Source of the DNA: Octopus sinensis
Lineage: Eukaryota
NCBI RefSeq assembly: GCF_006345805.1
Contig: NC_043008.1
Location: 51,398,001-51,462,000 of the forward strand
Length of the DNA: 64,000 nucleotides
Direction of reading: 5' to 3'
Both the position numbers and the translations under genes were made by a program. Below are positions 26,244 to 39,545 of this stretch, in pieces (the stretch's first letter is position 1; each line of letters opens with the position of its first letter). The notes under the pieces are model-generated. The model saw nothing but the letters and a program-made list of their open reading frames with translations, ran no database searches and was not told the origin of the DNA.

Positions 26244-26434
26244 TATATATATATTATTAGTATGTGTGTATGCACATATATGTAACAGTATGGGTGTATA
26301 CATAAATGCACACATTCTGTTAACTGTACGTACATTATAGTCAAATGGATAGGAAGTTTGTTTCGTCACCATGTGGTCCTAGGTTCTTCCTCGCTGTGAG
26401 GACACAAATGTAATTTTCCTAGAAAACTCAAGAG

Positions 26435-26648
26435 AGGTGTGCTGGTAGAATCGTTAGCACGTTCGACAAAATGCTTAGTAGTATTCTGTCTGTCTACGTT
26501 CTGAGTTCAAATACCGCCGAGGGTGACTTTTGCCTTTCATCCTTTCGGGAATCGATGAATAAGTACCAGTTGAACACTGGGTCGATGTGACCAGCAAGCC
26601 CCTCTGCTCAAATTTTCAGGACTTGTGCCTATAGTAGAAAGGATTATA
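26435..26648 (+). mobile_element. SINE family A, diverged copy (alternative tail)
   Basis: CTGGTAGAATCGTTAGCAC...GTTCTGAGTTCAAAT..GCCGAG...CTTTCATCCTTTCGG. Confidence 0.8.
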
Positions 26649-26715
26649 TTTTACATGTGCATATGCGTGTGTGTTTGTATGTATGTGTATATAAATGCAT
26701 GTATATATATATATA

Positions 26716-26945
26716 GGCGGCGAGCTGGTAGAAAAGTTGGCACGCCGGGCGAAATGCGTAGCCGTATTTCGTCTGCCGTTATGTTCTGAGTTCAAATTCT
26801 GCCGAGGTCGACTTTGCCTTTCATCCTTTCGGGGTCGATAAATTAAGTACCAGTTACGCACTGGGATCGATAGAATCGACTTAATCCGTTTGTCTGTCCT
26901 TGTTTGTCCCCTCTGTGTTTAGCCCCTTGTGGGTAATAAAGAAAT
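26716..26945 (+). mobile_element. SINE family A, full length, young
   Basis: GGCGGCGAGCTGG head through GTGGGTAATAAAGAAATA tail. Confidence 0.9.
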
Positions 26946-27329
26946 ATATATATGCATGTATTACTATTATGTAATTCAAACAATGATAGACGTAAATCGT
27001 ACCTTATAGAAAAAATAAAATATATAATAAAATATTTATCTAGATCACATTATGATAAATAAAATATATGATAAAACATTTATCTAGTCTATTTACTAAT
27101 TATATAGTTTTATTTATTATTATGTACTTTATTGTGATCTAGATAAATGTTTTATCACATATTTTATTTTTTTTATATGGTATGAGTTATGTCTACCATT
27201 GTTTGAATTACATAATAGTGGTTTTTCTCTAATTTATATATGTATATATGTCTATAAATTTCAAATCTTGGCACAAGGCCAGCTATTTCGATCGACTCCG
27301 CAAGAATGAAAAACAAAGTCGATATACAT

Positions 27330-27612
27330 AATGAACGCTCTCGTCGGAAAAGACGTACGAGCATTCAATTTTTGCCGAACGACCTGCACAAATGCATTGT
27401 TTATAGTGATCAAATGTTCGTGCCGCACGTTAGCTCACTCTCTCCATCAAATCGACATTGTCTGAACAGAGGCACAGTGTGCCATGCGTCAGAGCATCGT
27501 AGAGCAACGTGAGATGACGAGTTTTGCTCAAGAATACAACGCACCACCCGTTCTACGAATTGAAACCATGATCGCTAGATCGCGAGTGCAACATCCTAAC
27601 TACTAGGCCATG
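27330..27612 (-). mobile_element. SINE family C-related, diverged
   Basis: TTGCTCAAGAATACAACGCACC...GAATTGAAACC...ATCCTAACTACTAGGCCA is the reverse of the family C head. Confidence 0.6.
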
Positions 27613-27618
27613 ATCGCT

Positions 27619-27659
<41 letters not shown>

Positions 27660-28007
27660 ACAAACTATGGACTTTCTGGGATTGTAATCAATGGTCTGTT
27701 GAGCTCGCTAGTTAAATTCAGGTGTTCTGATGATCTCTGAGCGTTTAAAATGCTTTTTTTGCTTTGATACTAGTCTCTAGCTCCTTACAAACTTTGCAGA
27801 CGAAAGATCTGTCACCTTTTGAAAATTGGGATATTTCTAAATCGCTATGCTCAGCCTTTATAACTACAATAACAGCATGCCTCTTCATTTCTCGTGTAAG
27901 CTGAATGTCTGCCATTATTAGTTTCTGAAACAAAGACTATACAGATTTAGCAAAAATGCAGCAATAACCCCACAAAAGTTACATCCTCAAATACCTTATG
28001 CACTCTG
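27660..28007 (-). pseudogene. Tc1/mariner transposase 5' remnant (HTH region) with element end at a TA
   Basis: MKRHAVIVVIKAEHSDLEISQFSKGDRSFVCKVCKELE then RSEIIRTPEF after a frameshift; element begins TA-CAGAGTGC on the minus strand. Confidence 0.65.
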
Positions 28008-28031
28008 TATATGTATATCTATACATACATG

Positions 28032-28065
<34 letters not shown>

Positions 28066-28284
28066 TACACATACGTTCGTTTAATTTTTATTTATTTTAT
28101 TCATTTGTTTATTTTGTTTTTCTTTTCTTTCTATTATCTTTTAATTTAATCTAATTTATTTCTTTAATGAAAATAGTTATTTAATTCCATTTATTTATCT
28201 GTGTATTGTATTATATTAATCTCATTATCAGTTTATGGGGATCTTATTCTGTCATAGGTTATGATGTGTTGGGTGTGTGTGCTG

Positions 28285-28891
28285 GTGTTTTATTCTAATT
28301 TCCTATTCAGGCTAGGTTTATCTTCTATTATGTGTGTACCTTTCGTAATTTGTCTAAGCCTTTGCGTCTGTCCTATGTGTGGATAAGACTTTAACTTCTA
28401 TGTTGTTGAGTGAGCCCCTGTGTTCCTGCTCGGTGTGCTGCTACAGAATCGATGAGCTCTTCTCTTCCTTAAGTTCCCTCCAGTGCTCATTTACCCGCTC
28501 TCTTATGCTCCGTGCTGTCTCCCCTGCGTATGTCGTTGTTTTGTTACTTCACCGTCCATCTGTACATCTTATACTATAGACTACATTCCAAGCATTAAAG
28601 TTTGTTTGTGGGCTAAGTCTACATACAATACAGTTCCTATCAGTACAGTGGGTTCTACAAAAAGGGTAGGTTCTACCGATTAAGGATTTCAGAAGAGACA
28701 CACACACACACACACAAAAGAAACAAGAAAGCAAAGGACCACTGATGAGGTTACAGAATGTGTGACGAAAGAACTCTGGCAAAAATACAATTAATATAAA
28801 ATAAAGCTGAAGCAAGTGAACACCAAATATATAGTGCGTGTGTTTTTATTGGCTAAACTGGCAACATGACCATCCCCAAATACAACAATAT
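28285..28891 (-). mobile_element. Second 5'-truncated Penelope-like element (same family as 2616-4084) with inverted pLTR at ~28716-28891
   Basis: Minus strand IGRTYPFCRTHCTDRNCIVC...NVVYSIRC...AGETARSIRERVNEHW...; pLTR AAATATATAGTGCGTGTGTTTTTATTGGCTAAACTGGCAA identical to 4018-4057. Confidence 0.8.
28736..28780 (+). ncRNA. Candidate minimal type I hammerhead ribozyme in pLTR (intact CUGAUGA and GAAA core)
   Basis: GGACCA-CTGATGA-G-GTTACA gaatg TGTGAC-GAAA-GAAC-TC-TGG; stem I CCA/TGG, stem II 6 bp with one GU, stem III 2 bp, CUC cleavage triplet. Confidence 0.5.
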
Positions 28892-29079
28892 ATATATATA
28901 TATATACATATATATACATACATATGTGCATACACACACGCATATATATATATCCCTGCATTTATATATGTACAAATGCACGTTCTGTCGACAGTTTATA
29001 AAATTCTTATAAAGACAAAGATTTCCACACAGAGACACAAATACACGCATGCACATTCACACACATATCTATCTATCTA

Positions 29080-29148
<69 letters not shown>

Positions 29149-29477
29149 GTCTGTCTGTCTGTCCTACTCTTTGTCTGTATACATATGTGTATTCACTGCA
29201 CGCACAGACATACACACACACATGTATCGAGTAGAATTTTTTTTACCAATAGATCAATAATTTAAACTATATATTACTTCTTAACTGAACGCGTCCCAAT
29301 GATTTTTGTTTCAGGAAATTTCCCAACTTTTCGCATCAGTTGTTTCTAGGTTGCTCAGAGACATCCAAAATATTGCTCCATTGCTTGGTGAGGTCACTCA
29401 ATGTTGTCCAATAATTGGTGATTCCAACTCACTTAATTCTTTCGAAAGAATCAGCACTAATACATACACATTCATGC

Positions 29478-29567
<90 letters not shown>

Positions 29568-29569
29568 TT

Positions 29570-29606
<37 letters not shown>

Positions 29607-29776
29607 GTGTATATATATATATATACATAGATGTACATACATGTATAGATTGATATACATATATATGTACATATATAAATACACACTTAAATATATAAAT
29701 AAATATACATGTACGTATATATGTATGTACATGTATATATGTGTATGTATGCATATAATTATAAATAAATAAATAT

Positions 29777-29810
<34 letters not shown>

Positions 29811-29811
29811 G

Positions 29812-29844
<33 letters not shown>

Positions 29845-29921
29845 TAACTACATACATACGTAAGCACGTGCGTACGTACAATTATATATATGTATGTAAG
29901 TAGTTTTATGCTGAACTGTAA

Positions 29922-30507
29922 AGAAATTTGCAGCTACCCCAGCTGGACTACAACGTTAGATTTGTACCAGTAATTATTGGGTCGTTTGGATATGTAACCA
30001 ATTGCCTCAGCGCCAATCTGGAGAAGTAAGGGTTCTCAAATTCTGAAAGGAGAAAGCTAATTGTAAGACCACAAATACAAACAATCAATGGAACTGTCGA
30101 AATATGTAAAGCATCCTCAAATTTAGCATATATTTACAGATGCACATGTCTAGACATGCAAGCGTATGTATGCATATACATACATGAAACATAGCATTCA
30201 AATCTGCACATACACTCAAGACAAATATTTACACATATATACACATACATGCGCAACTATCCTGTTGCTAAAATTCCAATGTAGGAGCGTCGGATCTCTG
30301 TTAAAAAAAAGCAGCTCTTTCTCCATTGACATACATACACACAAATCTGTACACACACACTGACTCCAAATACTGCATACATACACAAATACATGCGAAA
30401 TTACCCTGTTGATGTTGGTGAAATTCCAGTGAAGCAGCCTTGGATCTAGGTTAGAAACCGACTCTTTCTCTTTTGGCAAGAAATCTTGAAATAAAACTGA
30501 ATAATGA
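29922..30507 (+). mobile_element. 3' end of an RLE-type (R4-like) LINE with tandemly duplicated 3' UTR segment
   Basis: RFVPVIIGSFGYVTNCLSANLEK*GFS...GTVEICK; UTR ends GGCAAGAAATCTTGAAATAAAACTGAATAATGA, identical to ~55034-55066. Confidence 0.75.
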
Positions 30508-31033
30508 TATACATACCTACACACACACACACATACATGCATACATGCATACATACGCAGTACAGCGAGTGTTTGTATACTCTGTATGTATGTATGTTTG
30601 TATGTATTCACCTGCACACAAATCCGCTGTAAAACTATGCGTTAGTAATTCAGATTCGTAGAGTTAAAACCTTAAAATATAGCGATTCGTATTTTTAGGT
30701 TAGGAGATGTGGGTTAAAAATAACCATACGCATGTTCTCACATATACACAAGCACGCATGCATACCCACCCACCCACCCCATACAGATTCAAGCATACAT
30801 ACATGCATACATGCTCACACGTATACGCTTACACACACACACGCGCGCACACATACATACACACTCATACAAATTCTCTGTGTGTGTATATTCGCACATA
30901 CAAGCATGCACATACACACACAGCATACGCACGGATGTGTACGTAGAAAATATATAAGAATGCATAAATACAGATATACATTCATATATACATCTCTCTC
31001 CCTCTCATGCATGTATGTATTTATGTACGTATG

Positions 31034-31131
<98 letters not shown>

Positions 31132-32378
31132 CGTATACGAGTGTGTGTGCGTGTATGGAGTTGTTTGTATAGCATGGATGACGTAAAACAATTAACTGGA
31201 TCTCTCTCTCTTTCACTCTCTCTCCCTCTTTCTCTCTCTCTCTCTCACTCTCTATCTCTCCTAAAAAATTTAGAAAACCGTAAATTAGGTACGAGTGTAT
31301 TTTTGGTATAACTGATCTTATATTTATTTAACGCGTGCACACGGGTGGCAACACCTACCCACCCACACACTCACATGCACACGTGCACGCTCACACTCAC
31401 ACATGATCGCACACACACACACACATACCAAGGTAATACACGTGCACAGAAATACAGATACGCAAATGAACAGATATAGAGATAAGCATACTAATTTACA
31501 TGTGCGCACGTACATAAATACGTATTTGCATAAACATATACATACAAAATATATGTAACACACACATACACACACACACACACACACATATATATACACA
31601 CACACTTATGTAAACACATATGCATTGATATACGCATATATTATGGACACACATGTATATATGCAAATCATTAGTTAACTTTTGAGACACCCTGCTTATA
31701 CTTTTACCTTCTGGCATCTGTAAGCACACACGTTTATATATATTTATAAATAGAGGAAGCCTACACACACCCTAAAATATATATATATATGTGTATTATG
31801 CGTGTGTGTATCTATCTACACGCATATTCACATACACACATACACACATATAGAGAGAGTGAGCACAGGGTGATATCTGTTCTGACGTCACAAGTAGGTA
31901 AAATCTGCTCAGTTGCAGGCAAGCATGAAAGTTGAAAGAAAGACAAGTCTAAAACAAATGTATTTAAAGAGAAACACAGGACATGGATGCAATAACATCT
32001 GCAGGTGCACTGTGATATGCTGCCGTCTATATCTGTACAATGATTGACACCAGAAGCTGCAAAAGTGATCCAACTGCATCATATGTCGTTGCTTATCACT
32101 GGAAAAACAACAGTGCAACATATAAAAAAATTACACTTTTTATTTGGTGCTATGAGTATATAGACGTGTGTATACATATGTATGTATCTATGTATACATA
32201 TGTATGTATCTATGTATATATATATAATATATATATACATGTGTGTGTGTGTTTGTATGTATGTATTTATATATGTATATGTACATCTGTCTGTCTGTCT
32301 GTCTTTTTGTCTCTATCTTTCTGCCTGTCTCTCTCGCACGCGCACGTACGCACACGCACACACACACACACATACACA

Positions 32379-32417
<39 letters not shown>

Positions 32418-32464
32418 TTCTTTTGATATAAACAGTAAAATTAGTATAACTCAAAACATAAGTG

Positions 32465-32496
<32 letters not shown>

Positions 32497-32519
32497 TATA
32501 ATAAATTATTATTATCAAT

Positions 32520-32730
32520 TGGAAGCGGGATCATTATGGTGCCGAACAAAATGTTTAGCACCATTTCTTCCGGCGGTTTACGTTCCCAGTTCAAATGCTG
32601 CTGATGCCGAATTTGCCTTTCATCCATTCGAGGGTCGATAAAATAAATAGTATTTGATGTCGGGTGATGTAATCGACTAGACAACCCGTTAAAAATTTTA
32701 TGCCTTGTGTCTCTAGTGGAAAGAATCATC
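32520..32730 (+). mobile_element. SINE family A, diverged
   Basis: TTTACGTTCCCAGTTCAAATGCTGC...TTTGCCTTTCATCCATTCGAGGGTCGATAAAATAAA. Confidence 0.65.
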
Positions 32731-32912
32731 AACTGGCAGAGATTAGTTCGATATCATTCACAAAATACTGTCTCTATCATGATCTTTTTCATTCACTTAC
32801 TCTATACTTTTTTATTTTATCACTCTACCTCTCCAATTCCTCATTTTAGGGCGTTATCATCCTATTTTCCTCCCCACTTATATGAATATACTTATATGAT
32901 GAATGTGAGTCC

Positions 32913-32973
<61 letters not shown>

Positions 32974-33249
32974 CATACATACATATATAAATATGCATAC
33001 ATACACATACATATATATACATATATATGTGCGTGTGTATAAGTGTGTGTATGTGTGTATAAGTGTATTTGTATATGTGTGTATATATATATATCTATAT
33101 ATAAATATATAGTCAAGTATATGTACATTCTTAACATTTTGAGTTCGTCGAGACTTGAACTCACAACATAAACATCCGGAAAGGGCAAACCACCGTCTCA
33201 TTGTATCTCATACTACATTATATAAAATGTTTCCTTTTAAAGACCGTAA

Positions 33250-33495
33250 AAGTGTTTCTGAAGATTTGACTGCTATTTCTTGCCTGTCGAGATATGACAT
33301 AAAGGTTCCATTATCAGTTTTGACCATCCATTTCTAGGCGGTGGATGTAATTTGAAGAAAATTTACCTGTTGTTTCTATCCTGCGGGGATACGACATAAC
33401 AGTTCTCTCATCCAATTTTAAAGTGCTTGATGTGATCTGAAGATATGGCTGCTATTTCCTGCCTGTGGAGGCACCACATAGCAGTTCTGTCATCA
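33250..33495 (+). repeat. Three degenerate ~90-bp tandem units of a dispersed repeat (GAAGATTTGGCTGCTATTTC core)
   Basis: Core recurs here three times and also near 7920, 14030 (reverse) and 15740. Confidence 0.6.
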
Positions 33496-33609
33496 GCTTC
33501 GATGCATCGATATTAATGAGATGATCGATTATCGAAAGGCCAAGAATCTGGAAAGAGAATTGGTTAATTTTCGAGATGATGTCATGGCGAGAATAAACCG
33601 GCTTATATC

Positions 33610-33696
33610 AAGATGGCGTCAGATGAGAACTTAGCAAACCGTCTCCCTGGCAACAACAAAGCTACAAACTCTAAATCACACCGTTGCTATGGCAAC
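33610..33696. promoter_or_regulatory. Motif cluster: YY1-like AAGATGGCG and two RFX X-boxes
   Basis: AAGATGGCG 33610-33618; GTCTCCCTGGCAAC 33641-33654; GTTGCTATGGCAAC 33683-33696. Confidence 0.5.
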
Positions 33697-33974
33697 AGAT
33701 AGAAGAAATCTAACACTGAACTGACCTAGTTCGTGTTTTGATTGGAAGAACTTGCCTTTCTTTTTGTTATTTTACATGACAGAAACAAGAATCTTGAGTC
33801 CTTTTTAGCAACAACAAAAGCAACAATGCCGTAGACGTCAGTGACGACAACAACAACAAGAACAACAAGAGTAACAGCAAAAAATACAGTAAATATAACA
33901 ACAACAACCAAAAGAAGAACAGACACGCTAAGATGAACAGCAGCTGTAGGAAAAGAGTGTACGGTTGCAATTGT

Positions 33975-34108
33975 TGCGTCGTCGTCGTCATCATCATCGT
34001 CCTCGTCATCGTCATCAACAATATCATCATCATCATCATCATCGTCATCATCATCATCACCATCAACATCATCATCACCATCACCATCATCATCACCATC
34101 GTCATCAC

Positions 34109-34139
<31 letters not shown>

Positions 34140-34145
34140 GCCATC

Positions 34146-34176
<31 letters not shown>

Positions 34177-34280
34177 TCGCCATCATCATCATCATCATCA
34201 ACACCATCATTTTCGTAATTACCATCATCGTCGTCGTCGTCGTCGTCATCATCATCATCATCACCACCACCATCGTTATT
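33975..34280. repeat. Long imperfect (CAT)n/(CGT)n trinucleotide microsatellite
   Basis: Direct inspection; source of the spurious poly-His, poly-Ile and poly-Met ORFs. Confidence 0.95.
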
Positions 34281-34374
34281 ATCAACTGCAACAGCAACAG
34301 ATGTACCAATTTGGAAAAACAGTAACAGCTACTACAAATCTACAAAAACAACAACAACTAAGATAAACTTTTTG

Positions 34375-34520
34375 TTACTATAGGCACTAGGCTCATGATA
34401 GTAAGGTCGTGAGTTCGATTCCCGGTAGCGTGTTGTGTCCTTTATTTTATGATGCTCCAGTGCACTTAGCTGGAAAAAATGAGTTGTACTTGGGACATCT
34501 TGTTTCACATCCTGTGTGAT
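34375..34520 (+). mobile_element. SINE family C, 5' part
   Basis: GGTCGTGAGTTCGATTCCCGG...GCGTTGTGTCCTT...GCTCCAGTGCACTTAGCTGG. Confidence 0.7.
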
Positions 34521-34528
34521 GCTGAATA

Positions 34529-34574
<46 letters not shown>

Positions 34575-34770
34575 AATATATATATATATGCATATATATA
34601 TGCATATATATACATATGCATATATATATATATATGTGTGTGTGTGTATGTGTGTGTGCATGCGTGTGTGTACGTATGTACATATATATATATGTATTAT
34701 GTGTATGTATATATATATGTATGTATATTGTATATGCATGTCTCTATATGTATATGTGTATGTATGTATC

Positions 34771-34850
<80 letters not shown>

Positions 34851-35557
34851 TATATGGGTACAGGATGTCACAAAACGTAAACAACATGAAATTCGAAAAC
34901 ATGAAATCCGAAATATGGACAACAGGAAATATGGAGACAAACTTCTTTTTGCGATCAACGTGAGAAGCAAATGGAAAACAAGACAAATAACATAAAGAAT
35001 GACTCTTCACCAGTTGTCGGCTGCTTATCTACTCTATACTTCGAGCAATTCACGAGAAAGTGTCAAAGTTGGTAACAAAAGCAGGACAGTGAAACAAATA
35101 TTGAGGGCCGCTAAACCAGATGGGGTAAGGTGGCGAACGCTAAGGAACATTCTTTGACAGGAGAAAAGATAGGAGAGGAGACAGACAAGAGTACGTCTGG
35201 TCTGTGCAACAGACCGGAAGAAAAGAAAGATGAATACGTGTGGAAAAAAAATGGCGGACGATGGTCACGTGTGAGCAACAAGAGAGTAAAGGAGGAAGAG
35301 AGAGAGAGAGAGAGAGAGAGGGGGAGGGAGGGAGAGAAAACGGTGAAGGGGAGAAAAAAGAATTAGAGGGAAAAAAACGAAGCGGAGAGAAAGGGAGGGT
35401 GCAAAAGTAGGTATACAGGAAGAATCACGGCAATGTTATAATAATTCATTAAAATTAGCCTCATTTTTGATATTTTTCAATGTGATTTTCATAATAATAT
35501 GAATATTGTATGTGCTTTCTTTTTCATAACTATATACCTACTTTTGCACTACCCTAT

Positions 35558-35589
<32 letters not shown>

Positions 35590-35613
35590 TGTATATCTAC
35601 ACGAACACATATA

Positions 35614-35666
<53 letters not shown>

Positions 35667-35684
35667 CTCTCTCTATCTATTATC

Positions 35685-35746
<62 letters not shown>

Positions 35747-36062
35747 TTATCGCCCTAATAAACTCGCACCCGCGCACACACGCGCCTACATTCAAAACGG
35801 TGTCCCAGTCTAATGACTGAAACAAGAATTGAAGAGTTGAATAAAGGAATACAGAAATATATACGTTTTGAACACCATGTAAAGAGAAACACACTTTGAG
35901 AGAGGGGAGATAGGTACAGATAGGAGATAGGAGAAAGCGAGAGAGAAACAGATGTATGGAAAAAGTGAGAGAAAGAGAAAGAAATAGTGAAAGAGATAGA
36001 TTAATAGATAGATAGATAAAGAGAGAGAGAGAGAGTGAGGTTGAGAGTGAAAGAGAGTGAGT

Positions 36063-36107
<45 letters not shown>

Positions 36108-36627
36108 GCCAAAAGCAATGACTTTTTATTCTGAACTTATCCAAAAAGACATCTCTGTTCTTTTTTATATTCGCCATTGTTTTTTTATCCCTTTCACTTC
36201 TCAACCGATAAAATTACAGCATTTCCGACATTTCGGATGGCGTGGTCCGATTGTGTATCAATATAGATAACGATCAGAGTTTAATAGCATGTTGAATAGT
36301 CTGGTGGCCCATTCTGGAGCTTGTTAACATTGAACGACTGATTAATGACTGTTTTATCTGGAAATATCAGATAGGCTATCATTCATGCATGCATTGACAC
36401 ATACGAGAGTCGAGGAATTGTAGCCTAGTTCTCAGTAAACGAGAGGGGTAGTGGTTCGATCTACAGATTAGCTTAGATGGTATAATAATTTGGAGTCAAG
36501 CAGACTCGGTAGGACACAGTACAGTTCGTATACAAAGTACAGGTCACACACACACACCACACACACACACACACACACGCACACACACACACACACACGC
36601 ATGCACGCACGCACGCATATATACAAT

Positions 36628-36870
36628 CGGTTGTTGTGATACATCGTTGGTCACAATGCGTTTTGCATCGTTTTATCTTTCGAATGATGCCACCCTGCTG
36701 GCTAGGTGAGCAGGCCAACAGTCCCTCTGATCTACTCCGTCGCAGGGTTATCTATCAATAGCTGAGTGAAGTGAAGTGTTTTGCTCGAGAACACAACGCA
36801 CCACACGGTCTGGAACCAATCAATAATCTAGCGATCGTGGGAGCAACACGACTACACTCACAGCCGTCTT
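36628..36870 (-). mobile_element. SINE family C-related copy (reverse of the 61901 type)
   Basis: GGTCACAATGCGTTTTGCAT and TTGCTCGAGAACACAACGCACC match 61901-62120 in reverse. Confidence 0.65.
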
Positions 36871-36929
36871 TACACAAACACACTTGTATGTATGTATGCA
36901 TGTATGTATGCATGTATGGATGTATGTAT

Positions 36930-37130
36930 GCTTCATTTACTTGAATTAGCCCCTGGACTGTAGCCATGTTGGGGTACTACCTTTAAGGGCCTAGTCATAG
37001 AAATCGACACTAATACTTGACATTTTAAGACTAATTCTATCGGTCTATATTCATGAGCCGCTAAATAATGAGGACATAAATAAACCGACACCAGTAGAGA
37101 AGTGGAACCGAGGATAAACACAAACGCACG
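36930..37130 (-). mobile_element. SINE family B, 3' half, diverged
   Basis: GACTGTAGCCATGTTGGGG...TTCTATCGGTC...AAACCGACACC. Confidence 0.6.
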
Positions 37131-38598
37131 CACCTACACACACACACACATACACACACACACAATATATATATATATGGGCTTCCATAAGTTTCTGTTC
37201 CATAAGGTGGAACGCAGTGAGACTGAACTGAAAACCCCGCTGTTGTGAACTTCTTAACTACACCACCCATCTCTGTAACTCCACCTCATATATATATATA
37301 TACGTGTTAATCTCGCTATAATATATATGATATAAATATATAGATGTATATGATATATATATATTCGATGTATAAATATTATATGTTTATGTACATAGAT
37401 ACGTACATACGTACATGCATACATTCACATTTTCACACACACACACACACACACACATACACACACATACACACACACACATACATACAGATATACTCAC
37501 ACACTCTGGAGAATATTCCATTCAAAATCATTACAAACTGAAGTGCTATATGAAAAAGTTGAGCTGATGAACCGAAAGAGGAAACTCTGTCCATAATGCT
37601 TCCAAACAGCGTCCATCACACAACTTTCTTCACCAGTTTTACTATTTATTTCCTGCTTTTGTTTCCTTATTCAATGAACAGTGGGAAGATCAACATATTT
37701 TCCATGCGCATTGTCCAACTATGTATAGAACAGCTGATGCGTGCATACTTACTTAAACATATGCATTTGTTATTATCTGAGATGTATGTAAATACATTCA
37801 CATGTACACACACATACACACATCTGATCTTTTATGCATTGTGTAGATTCTTTCTTTTTGCATTCAACACTTCCTTTCTTCTCTCCTTCCTCCTTTTTTT
37901 TCTTTCTCTGTTTGTTTCTTCCCTGTTCGTTTTTTCTCCCTAATTCAAAAAATGCTTTTTAAGGCTACACACAGATTCACAATCTCTGTAGATTTTACAG
38001 TGAATGAGTATTGGATATTTTTGTTTGATGTTATTATATAGGATTTTGGTTGTGTGGTCGTGGTGAGAGTACTAGAGTATTTTGAAGAGTATAGGTCATT
38101 GTCAGGAAAACTGCTTTGTAATGCCTACAGCCTACCTACCTACATACCTACCTACCAACCGACCTACCTACCAAACTTCCCACCACACAAACATATACCA
38201 ACCTATCTAACTACCAACCTACAAACCAAAATGTTTATATATATCTATCAATTCGTTTACCTACCAAGCTTTCTATCTACCTATCCGACAACAAGCCCAC
38301 CTATTAACACATGTACCTACCTACCTACCTACCTACCTACCTACCTACCTACCAACCTATTTACCTACCTACCTTCCTACCTACCTACCTACCTACCTAC
38401 CTACCTACCTACCTACCTACCTACCTACCTACATACATATACATACATACATACATACATACATACATACACACGTACATACATACCTACCTACTTAGCG
38501 TTCTATCTATCTATATATCTATCTATCTATCTGTGATTATGTGAATGCCTATTTAACGTTTTTACGCACATACACACGTACATACATACATATATATG

Positions 38599-38647
<49 letters not shown>

Positions 38648-39545
38648 AAATATATATATGTATATATATATATAAATGTATATATGTATATATATATAAA
38701 TGTATATATGTATATATAATGTATATATGTATTATATATATAAATGTATATATGTATATATATATATAATGTATATATGTATATATATATAAATGTATAT
38801 ATGTATATATATATAAATGTATTATGTATATGTGTATATATATATGTGTATGTATATATATATGTAAATGCATGTATATATATGTACGTATGCACATATA
38901 TGTATACGTATGTTTGTGTATATGTATGTGCGTTTGTTTCTATGTACGTGTGTATGTATATATATATCTATTTATGTGTATATATACCCACGCAGAAGTT
39001 CATATGTACACTGTATACACAAACGCACTCGCAAACTCCACACATATACCTATGAGTATCTGTGTGTATAAGTGTGCATATATATATGTATATATGTACA
39101 CACATATATGTGAGTATATATCTACACACATATACACCCCACCATTTTAATAATATATAAAAAAACACACCGTACCCAAAATGAATTAAAGAGGAAATTG
39201 TAAAGTTGCAATATCACCGGTTGGGTGCAGCGAATCAATTGAACACATGGATTCCCGATAAAAGATGATTGTCAGAGAGGAAAATTTGATTCCAACACAA
39301 CTCTTGTATGAAGTTAGAATTATGTGGATGCATGCCAACACACACACACAACCACACACACACACACACACACGGACACATACATGTATACGTACACACA
39401 CTCACATACACACGCACACACATATGGGAATTCATCACCATGTTAGTGATTAAGGATATTTCATTTTGGTCGTAGCCTGTAGCTACTCTGAGTTTCCACG
39501 TAGGCATACACGGCCTTCAAGATGAATAGAAGTGAGGAATATATA

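Noticed and set aside
33965-34366. Poly-histidine ORF
   Set aside because: (CAT)n microsatellite open in several frames, with no splice or homology support.
37564-37591. CTGATGA...GAAAC...GTC hammerhead-like motif
   Set aside because: Stem II pairs at one position and stem I at one position.
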